NCBI GenBank assembly: GCA_963770835.1 | Contig: CAVYRH010000011.1 | Coordinates: 128,001-192,000 of the forward strand | Reading direction: 5' to 3' | Source of the DNA: an uncultured Pseudomonadota bacterium | GTDB taxonomy: Bacteria > Oederibacteriota > Muellerivitia > Muellerivitales > Muellerivitaceae | Length of the DNA: 64,000 bases | Shown: positions 1 to 9,455 of the stretch, one piece after another | Numbering within the stretch: position 1 is the first letter of the stretch | How the letters are laid out: each line of letters opens with the position of its first letter | Notes under the pieces: generated by a model | Seen by the model: the letters and a program-made list of their open reading frames with translations, nothing else | Databases searched by the model: none | What the model was told of the DNA's origin: nothing | Program-made: the position numbers and the translations under genes

Positions 1-616
1 AATTTTCAACTCAAAAGGTGAAATAGTCCGCCAGCGGTATTTTTCCGATCAAAATCCGGATCATTCGCCCGAAATGTTTAAACAGGTGGGCGATTGCGGA
101 GTGATCGGCGGTTTTTGCGAGCCGCGCGAGAACCGATACAATGAGGGCTACATAGCGGTCACACGCAATCAAGGTTGCGGCCAGCGGGGCGAACGGCAAA
201 GATTATTTAAAAACGAGCTGACATTACTGGATTTGGCGGGGGAACCTCTTTTTCAAAATCGAGCGCCCAATTCCATAACCGGAGTGCCTTTGAAAGTGTT
301 CGAGGATTTAAAAGTAACCGTGGTCGCAGCCGGGGAGGATAGTGAAGCGATAACTGCGGGGCAGTACTACGGCCTCGATTTTCAGGGGAAGAAATTATGG
401 GAGTACCATGGAGGTTTAATGATCGACCGTGGTGATTTAATGGTTGGCGGAATAAAAAAAGGATTTTTGAAACTCGTAAAACATGAAATTCATCCAATTT
501 CTGAAGGAATGAATCTTAAACTAGGTGCTCCGATCCCAATCGGTGAAATGGTGAAGGATGTATACACTGGTCAGGTCATAAACTTAAAAACCGGCGAGGT
601 GTCGTCGCCTGATTAA
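1..616 (+). CDS. Hypothetical protein, 5'-truncated by the window edge
   Basis: The frame of ORF 74..616 is open back to position 2 (IFNSKGEIVRQRYFSDQ...). No recognisable motif. Confidence 0.55.
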   Translation, partial: IFNSKGEIVRQRYFSDQNPDHSPEMFKQVGDCGVIGGFCEPRENRYNEGYIAVTRNQGCGQRGERQRLFKNELTLLDLAGEPLFQNRAPNSITGVPLKVFEDLKVTVVAAGEDSEAITAGQYYGLDFQGKKLWEYHGGLMIDRGDLMVGGIKKGFLKLVKHEIHPISEGMNLKLGAPIPIGEMVKDVYTGQVINLKTGEVSSPD

Positions 617-753
617 GACTTAGGATCGATTATTTGGAATTTCACGGTTCGCAGACATCTGAATCAAAAGCGAATAAGGTTCGTTGTTTTCGGCCAAAAA
701 AGCCCATAACTTCCTTATAATCTTGCTTCCTCAAACCAACCCAGGAAGGCCCT

Positions 754-3255
754 ATGGAAGCCTATAACTTCACCGACATCGAACAGCGCTGGAAAAAGCA
801 TTGGAAGGACAATGGCGTTTTTGCCTGCGACCTGTCCAAAACGGCCAACAAATACTACACGCTGGTCATGTTCCCTTACCCTTCCGGGGATTTCCTGCAC
901 GCCGGGCACGGCCGCAACTACATCATCGGCGACGCGGTGTTCCGCTATTACCGGGCGCTGGGCCACAACGTGCTGAACCCCATGGGCTTCGACGCCTTCG
1001 GCCTGCCGGCGGAGAACGCCGCCATCCACAAGGGCATCCACCCCGAGGACTGGACCCTGAAGAACATCGAGCGCATGAAGGGCCAGTTTTACGACTGGGG
1101 CATGGGCTATGACTGGGACAAGGAGGTGGTTTCCTGCCTGCCGGACTACTACCGCTGGACCCAGTGGCTATTCCTGAGGCTCTACGAGAAGGGCCTGGCC
1201 TATCGCAAGAAGGCCTACGTGAACTGGTGCCCCAAGGACCTGACCGTGCTGGCCAACGAGCAGGTGGTGGACGGCGCCTGTGAGCGCTGCGGCACGCCCG
1301 TGGAACAGAAGGACCTGGAACAATGGTTTTTTAAGATCACGGCCTACGCCGACCGCCTCTTGAAAGACCTCGAGGGCCTGGAAAACTGGCCCGAGCGGGT
1401 GAAGACCATGCAAAAAAACTGGATCGGGAGAAGCGAGGGCGCGGAGGTGCAATTTAAGGTGGCGGGGAGCGGCCAGACCATTACGGTTTTCACCACCCGG
1501 CCCGACACGCTCTTCGGGGCTACCTATATGGTGCTGGCGCCGGAGCATCCCCTGGTGGCGGAAATGGTGAAGGGAACGGAAAAAGAGGCCGAGGTGAAGG
1601 CCTTCGTGGAGACGGTGAAAAAGCAAAGCGCCATGGATCGGGTTGGGGAAAACGCCGAAAAGCTGGGCCTGGACACGGGCGTCAAAGCCGTCAACCCGGT
1701 AAATGGGAAATCCATCCCCGTCTACATCGCCAATTACGTTTTGATGGAATACGGGACGGGGGCCATCATGGCCGTTCCGGCCCACGACACCCGCGACTTC
1801 GACTTCGCCCAGAAATACCATATCCACATCGTGCAGGTCATCGACCCGACCGACGAGGTCAAGCACGCCTGGAAAACCTCGGGGCATATTTATGATCCCC
1901 AGCTGGAAGCCTATACGGACGATGGGAAGCTGGTGAATTCCGAGTTCCTCAACGGCCTGGACGTGGACGCCGCCAAGAAAAAAATGGCCGCCTGGCTCGA
2001 GGAAAAAAAGCTGGGCCGCGGCGCGGTGACCTACCGGCTTCGGGACTGGCTGATTTCCCGCCAGCGTTATTGGGGCGCCCCCATCCCCATGATCCACTGC
2101 GATAAATGCGGCTGGGTGCCGGTGCCGGAAAAGGACCTGCCGGTGAGGCTGCCGCGCGACGTGGAATTCAAACCCACCGGCGAATCGCCCTTGAAAACCG
2201 TGCCGTCCTTCGTGAAGGCCGCCTGCCCGAAATGCGGCGGGGAAGCGCGCCGCGAGACCGACACCATGGACACCTTCGTGGATTCCAGCTGGTATTACCT
2301 GCGCTACGTTTCGGCCAAGGACTCGAAACAGGCTTTCGACCCCTCGGTGGCCAACCAGTGGCTGCCGGTGGACCAATATATCGGCGGGGTCGAGCACGCC
2401 ATCCTTCACTTGCTTTACTCGCGGTTCATCACCAAGGTCCTCAAGGACCAGGGGTTCATCGGCTTCGACGAGCCTTTCCGCCGCCTTTTCACCCAGGGCA
2501 TGATCACCAAGGGCGGGGTGAAGATGTCCAAGAGCAAGGGGAACTCGGTGCAGCCCGACGACCTCATCCAAAAATACGGCTCGGACACCTTCCGGCTTTA
2601 TACGCTTTTCATCGGGCCCCCGGAGCGGGACGCCGAATGGGACGACCGGGCCGTGGAAGGCGCCTTCCGTTTCTTGAACCGCGTTTGGAAACTTTTCCAG
2701 GAACTCCTGGAGAGGCATGATTTTTACACCTGCGGCTCGCTTCGGGCGGAGTCGGAAATGGACAAGGAAGTCCGCCGCAAAACCCATTTTACGATCCACA
2801 AAGTCACGCAGGACATGAACGGCGGGTTCAAGTTTAATACGGCCACCAGTGCTATGATGGAGCTCATCAACCTCCTCTATGACTACAAGGAGAAGCCGGA
2901 AGCGAAAACGGCCATCCTTCGGGAAGCCGTGGAAGCCCTGGTGAAGCTGCTGGGCCCTTTTACGCCCCATATCGCGGCGGAAATGTGGAGCCGGTTCGGG
3001 AATGGGGAACTGCTGGACGCGGGCTGGCCGAAGCATGACCCGGCCTTGATGAAGGCCGATGTGGTGGAAATCGCCATCCAGGTGAACGGAAAGGTCAGGA
3101 CCCGGGTGAGCGTTCCCGCGGGGCTGGAGGAAGCGGCCATCCGGGAGCTTCCCAAAACCAACGAGAAAATCGGGAAGTTCGTGGCGCCGGAGAGCATCCT
3201 GAAAGTGGTCTGGGTCAAGGACAAACTGGCCAACTACATCGTTAAAGGCAGCTGA
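754..3255 (+). CDS. leuS: Leucine--tRNA ligase
   Basis: MFPYPSG..LHAGH (HIGH-like), KMSKS, TTRPDT and GTGAIMAVPAHD editing-domain motifs, DWLISRQRYWG. Confidence 0.99.
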   Translation: MEAYNFTDIEQRWKKHWKDNGVFACDLSKTANKYYTLVMFPYPSGDFLHAGHGRNYIIGDAVFRYYRALGHNVLNPMGFDAFGLPAENAAIHKGIHPEDWTLKNIERMKGQFYDWGMGYDWDKEVVSCLPDYYRWTQWLFLRLYEKGLAYRKKAYVNWCPKDLTVLANEQVVDGACERCGTPVEQKDLEQWFFKITAYADRLLKDLEGLENWPERVKTMQKNWIGRSEGAEVQFKVAGSGQTITVFTTRPDTLFGATYMVLAPEHPLVAEMVKGTEKEAEVKAFVETVKKQSAMDRVGENAEKLGLDTGVKAVNPVNGKSIPVYIANYVLMEYGTGAIMAVPAHDTRDFDFAQKYHIHIVQVIDPTDEVKHAWKTSGHIYDPQLEAYTDDGKLVNSEFLNGLDVDAAKKKMAAWLEEKKLGRGAVTYRLRDWLISRQRYWGAPIPMIHCDKCGWVPVPEKDLPVRLPRDVEFKPTGESPLKTVPSFVKAACPKCGGEARRETDTMDTFVDSSWYYLRYVSAKDSKQAFDPSVANQWLPVDQYIGGVEHAILHLLYSRFITKVLKDQGFIGFDEPFRRLFTQGMITKGGVKMSKSKGNSVQPDDLIQKYGSDTFRLYTLFIGPPERDAEWDDRAVEGAFRFLNRVWKLFQELLERHDFYTCGSLRAESEMDKEVRRKTHFTIHKVTQDMNGGFKFNTATSAMMELINLLYDYKEKPEAKTAILREAVEALVKLLGPFTPHIAAEMWSRFGNGELLDAGWPKHDPALMKADVVEIAIQVNGKVRTRVSVPAGLEEAAIRELPKTNEKIGKFVAPESILKVVWVKDKLANYIVKGS

Positions 3256-3360
3256 CAGCTCACACCAACAGTTTGTTCAACTGTTGGTACAACCAAATCT
3301 CGCCGTTCGGCTGGTGGTCTCACGGCAGGTGGCAGTTCGCGGTTCACAGGTAACAGCTGA
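3251..3360. repeat. Degenerate heptamer repeats downstream of leuS
   Basis: gctgacagctcac..., then cacggcag-gtggcag-ttcgcgg-ttcacag-gtaacag with 7-nt periodicity. Confidence 0.45.
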
Positions 3361-3434
3361 AAGAAAACGAAAAAATAAGAAAGTGTGAAAGGCTAAAAAA
3401 GGGATTAGGCACTTGACGTATTTTGCAGTAAAAA

Positions 3435-3525
3435 CCCTCGCCCCTTGGGGGAGAGGGTAGGGTGAGGGGTGTCGTTAGTCGTCAAATTCACCCTCATCCC
3501 GGCCTTCTCCCCTCAAGGGAGAAGG
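3435..3525. repeat. Inverted pair of REP-like GC-rich palindromes (CCCTCNCCC...GGGAGAGGG type)
   Basis: CCCTCGCCCCTTGGGGGAGAGGGTAGGGTGAGGG (from 3435) faces CCCTCATCCCGGCCTTCTCCCCTCAAGGGAGAAGG (3491-3525). Confidence 0.75.
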
Positions 3526-3611
3526 TGAAAAGAGAAGTCGACAGTCGGCAGCAAAACGAAAACCTCGCACGTCAAAAAGATGGGAAGTTTAGATGTGAAA
3601 AGGGGGAACTG

Positions 3612-4208
3612 ATGCTCTTTCAAATCATCTGCACCGGTATTTTCGGACTCTTCTTTTTGGCCATTTCCTCGAAGGGTTTTCTGACCCGGAAACCGGTTTT
3701 GCTTTCCAACCGTTGGTTTTTTGCCTTGTTCGTGACCCTGCTCTTTCCGCCCATCCTTTTCATCGGCTTTCATACCCATGGAATCCTCAGCCTGAATCTT
3801 ATGAACGGGGCGATGGGCGCCACCGTTTTGTTGGTCCTTTGGTATCTCTGGAAGTTTTATGTCAACGGATACTCGGTATTCGGGATTTCGGACAAGTCCT
3901 TCCGGAAAGCATTGCTTCAATCCCTCGGCCAAGTAAAATTGAAATACACCGAGGACATGATGGGTATCCATATTAAATCCTCCAATACAACCTTAAAGAC
4001 AAGCAACTTCATGGGAGTAGGACATATTCGGCCGGGGGGGAAGGGCGCCCCCGATTTGGTGAAAAGGCTGGGGCCGGTCCTCAAAAAAGAATTGGCGAAA
4101 ACGGGCGTTGAATTCGACATCAAGCCTTTTTTGTTTTATCTAGTCATCGGCTTGATGCTTTTACTGATAGCTTTTTTCCAGTGGTCTTTTCAACATAACT
4201 TAGGATGA
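3612..4208 (+). CDS. Hypothetical integral membrane protein (about 4 TM helices)
   Basis: Part of ORF 3462..4208. The likely start is ATG 3612 after AGGGGG, since the upstream part is REP sequence. Several hydrophobic segments. Confidence 0.7.
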   Translation: MLFQIICTGIFGLFFLAISSKGFLTRKPVLLSNRWFFALFVTLLFPPILFIGFHTHGILSLNLMNGAMGATVLLVLWYLWKFYVNGYSVFGISDKSFRKALLQSLGQVKLKYTEDMMGIHIKSSNTTLKTSNFMGVGHIRPGGKGAPDLVKRLGPVLKKELAKTGVEFDIKPFLFYLVIGLMLLLIAFFQWSFQHNLG

Positions 4209-4240
4209 ATATAAAGACCGCGCCGTTCGAGAGGGGCAAA

Positions 4241-4762
4241 ATGGAAAATAAACGCTTCAAAATTCTGCGATGGGTGCCGATCACCGGACTGCTCTTGAGC
4301 ATGCTGGGCTGCCATCCGGCGGCCATGATTGTGCCGTCCTACATCCAAAACGTCGGCGTGGCGCTTTTCGAGAACAAGACCAGTTATTACGGCCTGGACA
4401 CGATCTTCACCCAGGCCACGATAAAGGAGTTCCAGCAGGACGGCCGCCTTCCCTATGTGGATTCAGCCGGGGCGGATTTGGTGGTGAAGGCCACCATCCG
4501 CCAGTTCGTCCTGGAACCCCAGATGTACGACCCGAACACCAATTACGTCCTCCAATACCGGGTGTCCGTCGTTTACGACCTGGCCGCCATCGACACCCAG
4601 GAAAAGAAAACCTTCGTCGAGGATACGGGCAAGATCCATAGCGAGTACTATTACACGGCCCAATACACCGGTGCCCCCTCGCAAACGCAGGACCAGGCGG
4701 TTTCCCAGCTGGCCGACGATACGGCCTATACCATCGTCCGAAGGGTGCTGGAAGGGTTCTGA
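4241..4762 (+). CDS. lptE: LPS assembly lipoprotein LptE family
   Basis: Lipobox MLGC and a P..IQNVGVALFENKT motif. It sits in the leuS-lptE-holA position, with start ATG 4241 after GAGGGG. Confidence 0.8.
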   Translation: MENKRFKILRWVPITGLLLSMLGCHPAAMIVPSYIQNVGVALFENKTSYYGLDTIFTQATIKEFQQDGRLPYVDSAGADLVVKATIRQFVLEPQMYDPNTNYVLQYRVSVVYDLAAIDTQEKKTFVEDTGKIHSEYYYTAQYTGAPSQTQDQAVSQLADDTAYTIVRRVLEGF

Positions 4763-4764
4763 CC

Positions 4765-4920
4765 TTATTGGCTTCGCCAATAGGGAATTTTGAATTCTTA
4801 ATTTTTAATTTTAAATTAAAGGCTAGCGACCTTCAAAATGTTCAAATTCAAAATTCAAGCCTTGAAAGGCGCCGGATCCAAAATGTTCCAATTTAAAATT
4901 CAAAATTTAAAACTCAAAAT
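4765..4920. repeat. Hairpin plus AT-rich heptamer repeats (TTTTGAA/TTCAAAA) in opposed arrays
   Basis: TATTGGC-TTC-GCCAATA hairpin, a ttttgaa-ttcttaa-tttttaa-ttttaaa array, and an opposite-sense ttcaaaa array. A 25-nt direct repeat at 4834-4858 and 4879-4903 matches at 23/25. Confidence 0.7.
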
Positions 4921-5599
4921 TTCGGCTTTGGCCGTCGTTTTTTTCATTTCGACAGCGGTCAAAGCCGATTTGGAGTGGATCACGGGGGGATTGCCGAAGA
5001 ACGGCACGGGCGGTTCCACCACCACCGTGGTCAAGGACGCTCCCTCCGACCAGTCCGCCAACCCGGCCCCCAACCAGGACATCATCGTCAGCCACATGAT
5101 CACCACGACGCGCATCTTCAACGACTACCCGGTGGACCCCGCCAATTATTTCTACTTGGACAAGAACAACCAGGTCTGTTATTTCGCTTATTTCCTCATC
5201 AAACCCTCCAGCCGCATCCACACGGCTTCCGTGGAATGTTTTTCGCCTACCAACCTGCGCATCGCGAAATTCGACCAGGAGTTCCAGGTGGGGTTTACCG
5301 ACCGGCTTTTAACGGTGCAAAACGAAACCTACCAATGGTTCCTGGTGACGGCCGTCTTGGGGTTGGACCATTTGCACTCCGAATACGGGCAAACCGGCCT
5401 GCCGAGGGACGTAGGGCTTTACACGATCCATTTGACGGTGGACGGGCAGCTCGTGGGTATCACCTTCTTTTACGTCAAAAGCGAAGCACCGAAGGCCCCC
5501 CCATCGGCCATCGCGACGATCCCACCGGCAGAAAAAACCGCCCCCATGCCCATGGCGACGCCCTTCTCCAACGTGCCGATTCCACAGGGTATTCAATAA
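4838..5599 (+). CDS. Hypothetical exported protein with Pro-rich C-terminus
   Basis: Signal-peptide-like segment ISALAVVFFISTAVKA and high-GC3 coding pattern. Alternative start at 4883. Confidence 0.7.
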   Translation: MFKFKIQALKGAGSKMFQFKIQNLKLKISALAVVFFISTAVKADLEWITGGLPKNGTGGSTTTVVKDAPSDQSANPAPNQDIIVSHMITTTRIFNDYPVDPANYFYLDKNNQVCYFAYFLIKPSSRIHTASVECFSPTNLRIAKFDQEFQVGFTDRLLTVQNETYQWFLVTAVLGLDHLHSEYGQTGLPRDVGLYTIHLTVDGQLVGITFFYVKSEAPKAPPSAIATIPPAEKTAPMPMATPFSNVPIPQGIQ

Positions 5600-6622
5600 A
5601 TGTACTTTGACGATTTCCTGGGGCGCCTTAAGGGCGACCTTCCCGGTTTGGTACTGCTTTTCGGCGATTCCGACGGTGTCATTTCCGAGGGCGCTAGGGC
5701 CCTGAAAGACAAATTCCGGCGGAAGATGCCGGATGGGACCATCCAGACTTTTGACGGCAATCACGACGGCCTGGGGGAAGTCCTCGCCGCGGCCCAAACC
5801 ATTTCGCTTTTTGCCTCCCCCCAGTTGCTGGTGGTCCAGCACGGCGAAAAGATACTCGGCGGGCATTCGGAAGCGGCCCTTCAACAGCTCAAGGATTATT
5901 TCGCCAATCCCAATTCCTCTTCCCACCTGGTTTTCCTGGCACCGGGCCTCCGCAAGACCGCCAAAGCGGTGGCCGCGGCCGAGCGGATGGGCTGGGCGGT
6001 GCAATGTTCCGATATGCCGGAATGGAAGCTGGCGGGTTGGCTGAAACAGCAAGCGCAGGGAAGGGGCCTGGCCTTGCCGGAGGAGGCGGCCCAGCTCCTG
6101 GTCCAAAAAATCGGCCCGGACATCGCCTACCTCCAAAGGGCCCTGGAACAACTAGCCGATTACGTTTATCCCGAAAAAACGGTAACCATCGAAACCGTGC
6201 GGGGACTTCCGGTGCCGGGAATCGAATCGGAGATTTTTCCACTCTTGGATGCCGTTGGAATGCGGCAGGCCGAAAAAGCGTTGGGGATGATGGGGCGTTT
6301 ACAGGACGGGGTGGATACGGGAACCATCATGCTGCTTTACGGCCGCATCCGGGAATTGCTGATGATCGCGCTGGGCCGGGCAGGGGGTTTGAGCCAGGCG
6401 ACCGCCGCGGAAAAATTGGGACTCCATCCCTTCCGCTTGAAGACCCTTTGGGACCAATCCTCCCAATTTTCCGTGGAGGAATTGAAAGGGGCCTTGATGG
6501 ACCTCATCCACCTCCAGGCGGGAGTGGTGACGGGCCGTTTGAGCCGGGGCGTTCCGGCCGTTTATTTGGAAATGTGGGTCTTAAAATGGGGAAGGAAAAG
6601 GCAGTCGGCAGTCCGCAGTTGA
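5600..6622 (+). CDS. holA: DNA polymerase III subunit delta
   Basis: 340 aa with LVLLFGD N-terminus, TISLFASPQLLVV and IFPLLDAVG. Located in leuS-lptE-holA-rpsT synteny. Confidence 0.9.
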   Translation: MYFDDFLGRLKGDLPGLVLLFGDSDGVISEGARALKDKFRRKMPDGTIQTFDGNHDGLGEVLAAAQTISLFASPQLLVVQHGEKILGGHSEAALQQLKDYFANPNSSSHLVFLAPGLRKTAKAVAAAERMGWAVQCSDMPEWKLAGWLKQQAQGRGLALPEEAAQLLVQKIGPDIAYLQRALEQLADYVYPEKTVTIETVRGLPVPGIESEIFPLLDAVGMRQAEKALGMMGRLQDGVDTGTIMLLYGRIRELLMIALGRAGGLSQATAAEKLGLHPFRLKTLWDQSSQFSVEELKGALMDLIHLQAGVVTGRLSRGVPAVYLEMWVLKWGRKRQSAVRS

Positions 6623-6700
6623 CAGTCGACTGGAAAGACAAAAGCCCTCGTTGGCCCTTGCCCTCGCATGACCGCCGACTGTGGACTGTCGACCGTGGAC
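6601..6700. repeat. Inverted heptamer arrays forming a long hairpin between the convergent holA and rpsT genes
   Basis: gcagtcg-gcagtcc-gcagttg-acagtcg versus tgaccg-ccgactg-tggactg-tcgaccg-tggacta. The arms are about 20/27 complementary and all differences are transitions. Confidence 0.7.
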
Positions 6701-6960
6701 TATTTCTTAAATTTTTTATGAACGAACGAAGAGAGGCGGGAAATATGGCGGGAGGCGTTGTTGCGCTTGATAATCCCGTGGGCACAGGCCTTGTCCAAAA
6801 CCTGCATGACATCCTTCAGCTTTTTGGCCGCTTCCTCGGCGGTCTTGGCCGCGAGAACGGCTTTCATGGCCGTGCGAACCCTATTCTTTTCCGCGGAATT
6901 CCGGATAGTGCGGCTTTTGGTGCGGCGAACGTCCTTGATCGACGACTTGATGATCGGCAT
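6700..6960 (-). CDS. rpsT: 30S ribosomal protein S20
   Basis: MPIIKSSIKDVRR...RN...GIIKRNNASRHISRL; basic 86-aa protein convergent with holA. Confidence 0.96.
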   Translation of the reverse strand: MPIIKSSIKDVRRTKSRTIRNSAEKNRVRTAMKAVLAAKTAEEAAKKLKDVMQVLDKACAHGIIKRNNASRHISRLSSFVHKKFKK

Positions 6961-6983
6961 GAATCCTCCAATTTCAAAATAAG

Positions 6984-7044
6984 TTTTGAGTTCTCAGTTC
7001 TAAGTTTCGAGTTGAGGAAGTTTTTGAACCTGAGGTTCAAAAAC
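6984..7044. repeat. Heptamer array plus 25-bp palindrome GTTTTTGAACC-TGA-GGTTCAAAAAC
   Basis: ttttgag-ttctcag-ttctaag-tttcgag, then a palindrome with perfect 11-bp arms at 7020-7044. A second copy lies at 11280-11304. Confidence 0.8.
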
Positions 7045-7102
7045 ACTGTTTTTCCTGAAAAACGGAGGCTTATCGTAAACGAAGGGAAAGGCACTGTCAA
7101 TC

Positions 7103-8734
7103 ATGTCTGAACCGCCCCCGGCGCCCCCAACCTCGGAGAAGGAAGCCGGTCACCACCTGGGACGGCACTTCCGGCTTGTGACAGGGGCCACGGGCGTGAG
7201 CCGGGTGACCGGTTATGTCCGGGACACGCTCAACGCCGCCCTCTTCGGGGCGGGATGGATTTCGGACTCCTATTTCATGGCCATCCGCATCCCTAGCCTT
7301 TTGCGGGATTTATTCGCCGAAGGGGCCCTCTCGAACGCCTTTGTCCCCGCCTTCACCGCCCGTTTGGAAAAAGACGACCACCGGGACGCCTGGGAATTGA
7401 TGTCGCAGGTCTTCAGCCTCTTGCTGCTGGTGACCGGCGGGCTTGTCACCCTCGGCTTATGGTTCGCGCCCCAGGTCGTATGGGTCATCGCCCACGGTTA
7501 CGTGGGAAACGCCGATAAATTCGAACTGACCGTCCGGCTGACCCGCCTGCTCTTTCCGGTGCTCATGTTCGTGTCCTTCGCTGCGCTTTGGATGGGCGCC
7601 TTGAATTCGATGCACCGGTTTACGGCCCCCGCCTTCGCGCCGGTTTTCATGAATCTCACCCAAATCGCCTTGGGACTGGCGCTTTTGAAATTCTGGCCCA
7701 GCACCAATCCGGCGGAGGAAATCCGGAACGTGCAGCTTTGGTCCATCGCCATGACCTTGGGCATGTTGCTGCAATGGATCGTGCAGGTGCCCGAGTCCTG
7801 GAAAGCGGGCGTTCGGATCCGCTGGGCCTGGCCGCCCAACCATCCTGGCGTCAAGGAAATGCTGGCCCTCATGGCGCCGGCGGTCATCAGCTCGTCCGTC
7901 CTCCAGGTCAATCTTTTGGTGAACCAGTTTTTCGCCTCCTTCCTGACGGCCGGCTACGTCACTTACCTTTACTACGGAAACCGGTTGTTCCAGCTGCCCT
8001 TCGGCATCCTGGGGGTTTCCATCGCCACCGTCACTTTCCCGCTCTTATCCCGCCAATCCAACTCGGGGAAGATGGAGGAATTTTCCGACACTTTGAGCCG
8101 GGCATTGGCCGCCTGTTTGTTTTTTATGGTTCCTTGTACGGTTGGGATCTGGATCGTGGCCAAGCCGGCTTGCCATTTGGCATTCGAGTACGGGCGCTTC
8201 ACCCCCGAGGCGACCCAAGCCGCCGCGGAAGCCACGGCCCTTTACGCTTTGGGTTTGGTGGGCTACACGGGGGTTAAAATTCTTTTACCGGCTTATTACG
8301 CGCGCCGCGACGCAAGGAAGCCCTTGGTGACTTCCGTTATCGCCATGTCGGCCAACGTAGGGCTAAACCTCACGGCCTTTCTCTTCGTCAGCGATTCCCA
8401 CATGCGGTTCTGGGGTTTGGCCCTGGCTTCCAGCCTTGGATCCATCATCAACCTGGTTCTTCTTCTTTTGGGCCTTGAAAAACGGGGCGTCCACCTTCTT
8501 TGGGGTTTCCTGGCGAAGGAAGCGGGGAAGACCGTCTTGGCCAGCTTTGTCATGGGGCTGGCCAGTTGGGCGGCGTTGAAAGGATTGCAAACCCATCCAT
8601 TGCCCCTGGCCCGGCTTTTAAATTTTCTCCTTCCAGTTGCTATCGGCGCCCTGGTTTATCTTGGGGCGGCAAAGGCCATCAAGCTGACGGGGCTTCATTG
8701 GATTTTGGGCCGCGGTAAAAGAGCGGATATCTGA
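7103..8734 (+). CDS. murJ: Lipid II flippase MurJ (MviN)
   Basis: SRVTGYVRD, RIPSLLRDLFAEGALSNAFVP and YGNRLFQLPFG motifs; multi-TM. Confidence 0.97.
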   Translation: MSEPPPAPPTSEKEAGHHLGRHFRLVTGATGVSRVTGYVRDTLNAALFGAGWISDSYFMAIRIPSLLRDLFAEGALSNAFVPAFTARLEKDDHRDAWELMSQVFSLLLLVTGGLVTLGLWFAPQVVWVIAHGYVGNADKFELTVRLTRLLFPVLMFVSFAALWMGALNSMHRFTAPAFAPVFMNLTQIALGLALLKFWPSTNPAEEIRNVQLWSIAMTLGMLLQWIVQVPESWKAGVRIRWAWPPNHPGVKEMLALMAPAVISSSVLQVNLLVNQFFASFLTAGYVTYLYYGNRLFQLPFGILGVSIATVTFPLLSRQSNSGKMEEFSDTLSRALAACLFFMVPCTVGIWIVAKPACHLAFEYGRFTPEATQAAAEATALYALGLVGYTGVKILLPAYYARRDARKPLVTSVIAMSANVGLNLTAFLFVSDSHMRFWGLALASSLGSIINLVLLLLGLEKRGVHLLWGFLAKEAGKTVLASFVMGLASWAALKGLQTHPLPLARLLNFLLPVAIGALVYLGAAKAIKLTGLHWILGRGKRADI

Positions 8735-8743
8735 AAGATATTC

Positions 8744-9334
8744 ATGAAAAAATGGTTTCAGTTGGCTCATTTGGGCTTTTTTCGAGCGCAGGGAGGATGG
8801 TGCGCGGCGGCTTGGACACCTAACGGTCTTTCCGCCCTCGTTTTGCCCTGTTCAACCCACTCGGAAGCCCTCCGGGGATTGCATGAATACTTGCCCCCGC
8901 TGCCGGCCGAATTCTGGGAAAAGCCGCCGCTTCCGGTTCCCAAGGACATTCACATCGGGATTTTAAAAGCATTGCGGGGAAGGCCCTTTCAATTTTCCCG
9001 TTTTGATATTTCGTTCCTGACGCCTTTTCAACAAAGGGTATTAAACGCCACGTGCTGGATACCCTGGGGGCAAGTCCGGACCTACGGGTGGGTTGCGGCC
9101 AAGGCGGGGTCGCCCCGGGGCTTCCGAGCTGCGGGACAGGCGCTGAACCGGAATCCCATTCCCGTTTTCATTCCCTGCCACCGGGTGATCGCAGCCGGCT
9201 TCAAGCTGGGCGGTTATGGAGGTGGCTTAGAGTGGAAAATACGGCTGTTGAAAAACGAGGGTCTGGCGGTCCACCGGGGGGGCGTTAAGCCGCGCAATTC
9301 TTTCGGAAGTATTGGGACTTCACCCCAAACATAG
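8744..9334 (+). CDS. ogt: Methylated-DNA--protein-cysteine methyltransferase
   Basis: IPWGQVRTYG, RAAGQAL..NP, active-site PCHRV and GGYGGGLEWKIRLL. Confidence 0.95.
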   Translation: MKKWFQLAHLGFFRAQGGWCAAAWTPNGLSALVLPCSTHSEALRGLHEYLPPLPAEFWEKPPLPVPKDIHIGILKALRGRPFQFSRFDISFLTPFQQRVLNATCWIPWGQVRTYGWVAAKAGSPRGFRAAGQALNRNPIPVFIPCHRVIAAGFKLGGYGGGLEWKIRLLKNEGLAVHRGGVKPRNSFGSIGTSPQT

Positions 9335-9455
9335 GGAACTGTGTTACCCTCACTTCAAGAACCGGGCTCCGCCGGATGCCCGTTGGAAAATGAAGGTAGT
9401 TACAGCCTCGAAAACCTCTGATAAAATACGAATCTACGCCAATTGAGGGGGCCTG

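Noticed and set aside
1168..3036. 622-aa antisense ORF over leuS (and similar long antisense ORFs over rpsA and holA)
   Set aside because: Shadow ORFs caused by high-GC3 codon usage on the opposite strand; no recognisable motifs.
6601..6700. Possible mini-CRISPR array
   Set aside because: Units are 7-nt tandem repeats without unique spacers, and no cas genes are in the window.
9276..9282. G7 tract near the end of ogt as a phase-variation site
   Set aside because: It lies downstream of all catalytic motifs, so slippage would only alter a dispensable tail.
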